A DNA stretch of 64,000 nt from Eledone cirrhosa (lineage: Eukaryota): positions 423,150,001-423,214,000 of the forward strand of contig OZ024740.1 of assembly GCA_964016885.1 (NCBI GenBank), in the 5' to 3' direction. Below, piece after piece: positions 52,101 to 64,000 of this stretch. The position numbers were made by a program, and so were the translations under genes. How positions within the stretch are numbered: position 1 is the first letter of the stretch; the number at the start of each line of letters is the position of its first letter. The notes under the pieces are model-generated. The model was not told the DNA's origin, did no database searches, and was given only the letters and a program-made list of their open reading frames with translations.

Positions 52101-55100
52101 CAGACACACACATATACATACAGACAGATACACACATATATATACAGGCAGACTCTCACACATATACATACAGGCAGACACTCACATATACATACAGGCA
52201 GACACTCACATATACATACAGGCATACACTCACATATACATACAGGCAGACACTCACATATACACACAGGCAGACACACACATATACATACAGGCAGACA
52301 CTCACATATACATACAGGCATACACACACATATATATACAGGCAGACACACACATATACATACAGGAAGACACTCACATACATATACAGGCAGACACTCA
52401 CATATACATACAGGCAGACACACACATATACATACAGGCAGACACTCACATATACATACAGGCATACACACACATATATATACAGGCAGACACTCACACA
52501 TATACATACAGGAAGACACTCACATACATATACAGGCAGACACTCACATATACATACAGGCAGACACTCACATATACATACAGGCAGACACTCACATATA
52601 CATACAGGCATACACACACATATATATACAGGCAGACACACACATATACATACAGGCAGACACACACATATACATACAGGCATACACTCACATATACATA
52701 CAGGCAGAAACTCACATATACACACAGACAGACACACACATATACAACAGGAAGACACTCACATATACATACAGGCAGACACACATATATACATACAGGC
52801 AGACACTCACATATACATACAGGCAGACACACACATATACATATACAGACAGACACACACATATACATACAGGCAGACACTCACATATACATACAGGCAG
52901 ACACACACATATACATATACAGACAGACACAAACATATACATACAGGCACACACTCACATATACATACAGGCAGACACACATATATACATACAGGCAGAC
53001 ACACACACATATATATAGGCAGACACACACATATACATACAGGCAGACACTCACATATACATACAGGCAGACACTCACATATACATACAGCCAGACACAT
53101 ACATATACATACGGGCAGACACACACATATACATACAGGCAGACACTCACATATACATACAGGCAGACACACACATATACATACAGGCAGACACACACAT
53201 ATACATACAGACACACACACACATATACATACAGGCATACACTCACATATACATACAGGCAGACACTCACATATGCATACAGGCAGACACTCACACATAT
53301 GCATACAGGCAGACACTCACATATACATACAGGCAGACACTCACATATACATACAGGCATACACTCACATATACATACAGGCAGACACACACATATACAT
53401 ACAGGCAGACACACACACATATACATACAGGCAGAGACACACACATACATACAGGTAGACACTCACATATACATACAGGCAGACACTCACACATATGCAT
53501 ACAGGCAGACACTCACACATATACATACAGGCAGACACACACATATACATACAGGCAGACACTCACATATACATACAGGCAGACACTCACATATACATAC
53601 AGGCAGACACTCACATATACATACAGGCAGACACACATATATACATACAGGCAGACACACACATATACATACAGGCAGACACTCACATGTACATACAGGC
53701 ATACACTCACATATACATACAGGCAGACACACACATATACATACAGGCAGACACACACATATACATACAGGCACACACTCACATATACATACAGGCAGAC
53801 ACACATATATACATACAGGCAGACACACACATATACATACAGGCAGACACTCACATGTACATACAGGCATACACTCACATATACATACAGGCAGACACTC
53901 ACATATACATACAGGCATACACACACATATACATACAGGCATACACTCACATATACATACAGGCAGACACACACATATACATACAGGCATACACTCACAT
54001 ATACATACAGGCAGACACACACATATACATACAGGCAGACACACACATATACATACAGGCAGACACACACATATACATACAGGCAGACACACATATATAC
54101 ATACAGGCAGACACACACATATATATACAGGCAGACACACACATATACATACAGGCAGACACACACACGTACATACAGGCAGACACACACACGTACATAC
54201 AGGCAGACACACACATATACATACAGGCAGACACACACATATACATACAGGCAAACACACACATATATATACAGGCAGACACTCACACATATACATACAG
54301 GCAGACACACACATATACATACAGGCAGACACACACATATACATACAGATAGACACAAACATATACATACAGGCAGACACACACATATACATACAGGCAG
54401 ACACACACATATACATACAGACAGATACACACATATATATACAGGCAGACACTCACACATATACATACAGGCAGACACACACATATACATACAGGCAGAC
54501 ACACACATAAACATACAGGCAGACACACACATATACATACAGGCATACACTCACATATACATACAGGCAGACACTCACATATACACACAGACAGACACAC
54601 ACATATACAACAGGAAGACGCTCACATATACATACAGGCAGACACACACATATACATACAGGCAGACACTCACATATACATACAGGCAGACACACACATA
54701 TACATATACAGAGAGACACACACATATACATACAGGCAGACACTCACATATACATACAGGCAGACACTCACATATACATACAGGCAGACACACACATATA
54801 CATACAGGCAGACACACACATATACATACAGGCAGACACACACATATATATACAGGCAGACACACACATATACATACAGGCAGACACACACATATACATA
54901 CAGGCAGACACACACATATACATACAGGCAGACACACACATATACATACAGGCAGACACACACATATACATACAGGCAGACACACATATATACATACAGG
55001 CAGACACACACATATATATACAGGCAGACACTCACACATATACATACAGGCAGACACACACATATACATACAGGCAGACACACACACGTACATACAGGCA

Positions 55101-58100
55101 GACACACACATATACATACAGGCAGACACACACATATACATACAGGCAGACACACACATATATATACAGGCAGACACACACATATACATACAGGCAGACA
55201 CACACATATACATACAGGCAGACACACACATATACATACAGGCAGACACACACATATACATACAGGCAGACACACACATATACATACAGGCATACACTCA
55301 CATATGCATACAGGCAGACACTCACACATATACATACAGGCAGACACACACATATACATACAGGCAGACACACACATATACATACAGGCAGACACACACA
55401 CGTACATACAGGCAGACACACACACGTACATACAGGCAGACACACACATATACCTACAGGCAGACACACACATATACATACAGGCAGACACACACACATA
55501 CATACAGGTAGACACTCACATATACATACAGGCAGACACACACATATACATATACAGAGAGACACACACATATACATACAGGCAGACACTCACATATACA
55601 TACAGGCAGACACTCACATATACATACAGGAAGACACTCACATATACATATACAGGCAGACACTCACATATACATACAGGCAGACACACACATATACATA
55701 CAGGCAGACACACACATATACATACAGGCAGACACTCACACATATACATACAGGCAGACACACACACATACATACAGGTAGACACTCACATATACATACA
55801 GGCAGACACACATATATACATACAGGTAGACACACACATATACATACAGGCATACACACACATATACATACAGGCAGACACTCACATATACATACAGGCA
55901 GACACACACATATACATACGGGCAGACACACACATATACATACAGGCAGACACACACATATACATACAGACACACACACACATATACATACAGGCATACA
56001 CTCACATATACATACAGGGTGACACTCACATATGCATACAGGCAGACACTCACACATATGCATACAGGCAGACACTCACATATACATACAGGCAGACACA
56101 CACATATACATACAGGCAGACACTCACATATGCATACAGGCAGACACTCACATATACATACAGGCAGACACACACATATACATACAGGCAGACACTCACA
56201 CATATGCATACAGGCAGACACTCACACATATACATACAGGCAGACACACACATATACATACAGGCAGACACTCACATATACATACAGGCAGACACACACA
56301 TATACATACAGGCAGACACTCACATATGCATACAGGCAGACACTCACATATACATACAGGCAGACACACACATATACATACAGGCAGACACTCACACATA
56401 TGCATACAGGCAGACACTCACACATATACATACAGGCAGACACACACATATACATACAGGCAGACACTCACATATACATACAGGCAGACACACACATATA
56501 CATACAGGCATACACTCACATATACATACAGGCAGACACACACATATACATACAGGCAGACACACACATATACATACAGACAGACACTCACATATACATA
56601 TACAGAGAGACACACACATATACATACAGGCAGACACACACATATACATACAGGCAGACACACACATATACATACAGGCAGACACTCACATGTACATACA
56701 GGCAGACACTCACATATACATACAGGCAGACACTCACATATACATACAGGCAGACACTCACATATACATACAGGCAGACACACACATATACATACAGGCA
56801 GACACACACATATACATACAGGCAGACACACATATATACATACAGGCAGACACACACATATATATATAGGCAGACACTCACATACATATACAGGCATACA
56901 CTCACATATACATACAGGCAGACACTCACATATACATACAGGCAGACACACACATATACATACAGGCAGACACTCACATATACACACAGACAGACACACA
57001 CATATATATACAGGCAGACACTCACACATATACATACAGGCAGACACACACATATACATACAGGCAGACACACACATATACATACAGGCAGACACACACA
57101 CGTACATACAGGCAGACACACACATATACATACAGCCAGACACACACATATACATACAGGCAGACACACATATATACATACAGACAGACACACACATATA
57201 CATACAGGCAGACACACACATATACATACAGGCAGACACACACATATACATACAGGCAGACACACACATATATATACAGGCAGACACACACATATACATA
57301 CAGGCAGACACACACATATACATACAGCCAGACACACACATATACATACAGGCAGACACACACATATACATACAGGCAGACACACACATATACATACAGA
57401 CAGACACACACATATACATACAGGCAGACACACACATATACATACAGGCAGACACACACATATACATACAGACAGATACACACATATATATACAGGCAGA
57501 CACTCACACATATACATACAGGCATACACTCACATATACATACAGGCAGACACTCACATATACACACAGGCAGACACACACATATACATACAGGCAGACA
57601 CTCACATATACATACAGGCATACACACACATATATATACAGGCAGACACACACATATACATACAGGAAGACACTCACATACATATACAGGCAGACACTCA
57701 CATATACATACAGGCAGACACACACATATACATACAGGCAGACACACACATATACATACAGGCAGACACACACATATACATACAGGTAGACACTCACATA
57801 TACATACAGGCATACACTCACATATACATACAGGCAGACACTCACATACATATACAGGCAGACACTCACATATACATACAGGCAGACACTCACATATACA
57901 TACAGGCAGACACTCACATATACATACAGGCATACACACACATATATATACAGGCAGACACACACATATACATACAGGCAGACACACACATATACATACA
58001 GGCATACACTCACATATACATACAGGCAGACACTCACATATACATACAGGCATACACTCACATATACATACAGGAAGACACTCACATACATATACAGGCA

Positions 58101-61100
58101 GACACTCACATATACATACAGGCAGACACTCACATATACATACAGGCAGACACTCACATATACATACAGGCATACACACACATATATATACAGGCAGACA
58201 CACACATATACATACAGGCAGACACACACATATACATACAGGCATACACTCACATATACATACAGGCAGAAACTCACATATACACACAGACAGACACACA
58301 CATATACAACAGGAAGACACTCACATATACATACAGGCAGACACACATATATACATACAGGCAGACACTCACATATACATACAGGCAGACACACACATAT
58401 ACATATACAGACAGACACACACATATACATACAGGCAGACACTCACATATACATACAGGCAGACACACACATATACATATACAGACAGACACAAACATAT
58501 ACACACAGGCACACACTCACATATACATACAGGCAGACACACATATATACATACAGGCAGACACACACATATATATATAGGCAGACACTCACATATACAT
58601 ACAGGCAGACACTCACATATACACACAGACAGACACACACATATATATACAGGCATACACTCACATATACATACAGGCAGACACACACATATACAGGCAG
58701 ACACACACATATACATACAGGCAGACACACACATATACATATACAGGCAGACACTCACATATACATACAGGCAGACACACACACATATACATACAGGCAG
58801 ACACACACACATATACATACAGGCAGACACTCACATATACATCCAGGCAGACACTCACATATACATACAGGCATACACTCACATATACATACAGGCAGAC
58901 ACACACACATATACATACAGGCAGACACTCACACATATACAAACAGGCAGACACACACATATACATACAGGCATACACTCACATATACATACAGGCAGAC
59001 ACACACACATATACATACAGGCAGACACTCACACATATACATACAGGCAGACACACACATATACATACAGGCAGACACACACATATACATACAGGCAGAC
59101 ACTCACACATATACATACAGGCAGACACTCACATATACATACAGGCAGACACTCACATATACATACAGGCAGACACACACATATACATACAGGCATACAC
59201 TCATATATACATACAGGCAGACACACACATATACATACAGGCAGACACACACATATACATACAGGCAGACACTGACACATATACATACAGGCATACACTC
59301 ACATATACATACAGGCAGACACTCACATATGCATACAGGCAGACACACACATATACATACAGGCAGACACACATATATACATACAGACAGACACACACAT
59401 ATACATACGGGCAGACACACACATATACATACAGGCAGACACACACATATACATACAGGCAGACACACACATATACATACAGACAGATACACACATATAT
59501 ATACAGGCAGACACTCACACATATACATACAGGCAGACACTCACATATACATACAGGCAGACACTCACATATACATACAGGCATACACTCACATATACAT
59601 ACAGGCAGACACTCACATATACATACTGGCATACACACACATATATATACAGGCAGACACACACATATACATACAGGAAGACACTCACATACATATACAG
59701 GCAGACACTCACATATACATACAGGCAGTCACACACATATACATACAGGCAGACACACACATATACATACAGGCAGACACACATATACATATACAGGCAG
59801 ACACTCACATACATATACAGGCAGACACTCACATATACATACAGGCAGTCACACACATATACATAAAGGCAGACACACACACATATACATACAGGCAGAC
59901 ACACACACATATACATACAGGCAGACACTCACATATACATCCAGGCAGACACTCACATATACATACAGGCATACACTCACATATACATACAGGCAGACAC
60001 ACACACATATACATACAGGCAGACACTCAAACGTATACAAACAGGCAGACACACACACATATACATACAGGCAGACACTCACATATACATACAGGCAGAC
60101 ACACACATATACATACAGGCAGACACACACATATACATACAGGCAGACACACACACATATACATACAGGCAGACACTCAAACGTATACAAACAGGCAGAC
60201 ACTCACATATACATACAGGCAGACACTCACATATACATACAGGCAGACACACACATATACATACAGGCAGACACACACATATACATACAGGCAGACACTC
60301 ACACATATACATACAGGCAGACACTCACATATACATACAGGCAGACACTCACATATACATACAGGCAGACACACACATATACATACAGGCAGACACACAC
60401 ATATACATACGGGCAGACACACACATATACATACAGGCAGACACTCACACATATACATACAGGCAGACACACACACATACATACAGGTAGACACTCACAT
60501 ATACATACAGGCAGACACTCACATATACATACAGGTAGAGACACACATATACATACAGGCAGACACTCACATATACATACAGGCAGACACTCACATATAC
60601 ATACAGGCAGACACACACATATACATACGGGCAGACACACACATATACATACAGGCAGACACACACATATACATACAGACACACACACACATATACATAC
60701 AGGCATACACTCACATATACATTCAGGCAGACACTCACATATGCATACAGGCAGACACTCACACATATGCATACAGGCAGACACACACATATACATACAG
60801 GCAGACACTCACATATATATACAGGCAGACACACACATATACATACAGGCAGACACACACATATACATACAGGCAGACACACACATATACATACAGGCAG
60901 ACACTCACATATGCATACAGGCAGACACTCACATATACATACAGGCAGACACACACATATACATACAGGCAGACACTCACACATATGCATACAGGCAGAC
61001 ACTCACACATATACATACAGGCAGACACACACATATAGATACAGGCAGACACTCACATATATATACAGGCAGACACACACATATACATACAGGCAGACAC

Positions 61101-64000
61101 ACACATATACATACAGGCAGACACTCACACATATGCATACAGGCAGACACTCACACATATACATACAGGCAGACACTCACATATACATACAGGCATACAC
61201 ACACATATACATACAGGCATACACTCACATATACATACAGGCAGACACACACTTATACATACAGGCAGACACTCACATGTACATACAGGCAGACACACAC
61301 ATATACATACAGGCAGACACACATATATACATACAGGCAGACACACACATATATATACAGGCAGACACTCACACATATACATACAGGCAGACACACACAT
61401 ATACATACAGGCAGACACACACATATACATACAGGCAGACACTCACATATACACACAGACTGACACACATATACATACAGGCAGACACTCACATATACAT
61501 ACAGGCAGACACACACATATATATATAGGCAGACACTCACATACATATACAGGCATACACTCACATATACATACAGGCAGACACTCACATATACACACAG
61601 GCAGATACACACATATACATACAGGCAGACACTCACATATACATATACAGGCAGACACTCACATATACATACAGGCAGACACTCACATATATATACAGGC
61701 ATACACTCACATATACATACAGGCAGACACACACATATACAGGCAGACACACACATATACATACAGGCAGACACACACATATACATACAGGCAGACACTC
61801 ACATATACATACAGGCATACACACACATATACATACAGGCAGACACACACATATACATACAGGCAGACACTCGAATATACATACAGGCAGACACTCGAAT
61901 ATACATACAGGCAGACACTCACATATACATACAGGCAGACACTCGAATATACATACAGGCAGATACACACATATACATACAGGCAGACACTCACATATAC
62001 ATACAGGCAGACACTCGAATATACATACAGGCAGACACTCACATATACATACAGGCAGACACACACATATACATACAGGCAGACACACACATATACATAC
62101 AGGCATACACACACATATACATACAGGCAGACACTCACATATACATACAGGCAGACACTCACATATACATACAGGCAGACACTCACATATACAAACAGAC
62201 AGACACTCACATATACATACAGACACTCACACATATACATACAGGCAGACACAGACATATACATACAGGCAGACACTCACATATACATACAGGCAGACAC
62301 TCACATATACATACAGGCATACACTCACATATACATACAGGCAGACACTCACATATACATATACAGGCATACACTCACATATACATACAGGCAGACACAC
62401 ACATATACATACAGGCAGACACTCACATATACATACAGGCATACACACACATATATATACAGGCAGACACACACATATACATACATGCAGACACACACAT
62501 ATACATACAGGCAGACACTCACATATACATACAGGCATACACTCACATATACATACAGGCAGACACACATATATACATACAGGCAGACACACACATATAC
62601 ATACAGGCAGACACACACATATACATACAGGCATACACTCACATATACATACAGGAAGACACTCACATACATATACAGGCAGACACTCACATATACATAC
62701 AGGCAGACACACACATATACATACAGGCATACACTCACATATATATACAGGCAGACACACACATATATATACAGGCAGACACTCACACATATACATACAG
62801 GCAGACACACACATATACATACAGGCAGACACACACATATACATACAGGCAGACACCTACATATACATACAGACAGACACACACATATACATACAGGCAG
62901 ACACACACATATACATACAGGCAGACACACACATATACATACAGACAGATACACACATATATATACAGGCAGACACTCACACATATACATACAGGCAGAC
63001 ACTCACATATACATACAGGCAGACACTCACATATACATACAGGCATACACTCACATATACATACAGGCAGACACTCACATATACACACAGGCAGACACAC
63101 ACATATACATACAGGCAGACACTCACATATACATACAGGCATACACACACATATATATACAGGCAGACACACACATATACATACAGGAAGACACTCACAT
63201 ACATATACAGGCAGACACTCACATATACATACAGGCAGACACACACATATACATACAGGCAGACACACACATATACATACAGGCATACACTCACATATAC
63301 ATACAGGCAGACACTCACATATACATACAGGCATACACTCACATATACATACAGGAAGACACTCACATACATATACAGGCAGACACTCACATATACATAC
63401 AGGCAGACACTCACATATACATACAGGCAGACACACACATATACATATACAGGCATACACTCACATATACATACAGGCAGACACACACATATACATACAG
63501 GCAGACACTCACATATACATACAGGCATACACACACATATATATACAGGCAGACACACACATATACATACAGGCAGACACACACATATACATACAGGCAG
63601 ACACTCACATATACATACAGGCATACACTCACATATACATACAGGCAGACACACATATATACATACAGGCAGACACACACATATACATACAGGCAGACAC
63701 ACACATATACATACAGGCATACACTCACATATACATACAGGAAGACACTCACATACATATACAGGCAGACACTCACATATACATACAGGCAGACACACAC
63801 ATATACATACAGGCATACACTCACATATACATACAGGCAGACACTAACATATACATACAGGCAGATACACACATATACATACAGACAGACACACACATAT
63901 ACATACAGGCAGACACACACATATACATACAGGCAGACACACACATATACATACAGGCAGACACAAACATATACATACAGGCAGACACACACATATACAT

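Larger units (their letters stand above)
31207..64000. repeat. 24-bp tandem minisatellite/satellite array, right arm (runs off the window end)
   Basis: The same unit in the same orientation resumes at GACACTCACATATA (31207) and continues to 64000. Confidence 0.99.

Noticed and set aside
1-64000. CRISPR array or telomeric repeat interpretation of the 24-bp periodicity
   Set aside because: The units are contiguous with no unique spacers and there are no cas genes. The unit has no telomere-like G-run motif, and its variants are inherited in duplicated blocks, which fits recombination rather than templated addition.

Overview
About 99% of the window is one head-to-tail array of a 24-bp minisatellite/satellite (consensus CACATATACATACAGGCAGACAC[A/T]) built from CA/TA/GA dinucleotides, most likely eukaryotic. 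All long ORFs in the track (up to 1326 aa) are translation artefacts of this repeat, and I call no host gene. Unit variants show nested duplications with periods of 98 bp, 249 bp, 1.6-2.5 kb, about 4-5 kb and 5,307 bp, plus a copy at 21-27 kb offset. The only non-satellite sequence is a 450-bp island at 30757-31206. On the minus strand it reads as an RTE-type 5'UTR-like segment, then a short C2H2-like zinc-finger frame (CSVCTRVFKSLAGLKSH), two hairpins and a CCACCA end. I interpret it as a non-autonomous, internally deleted (bipartite) RTE-clade retroelement or RTE-related SINE. That family call rests on remembered motifs, not on a database search. The island occurs in only one of the two large array copies, where 1,128 bp of satellite present in the other copy is missing.
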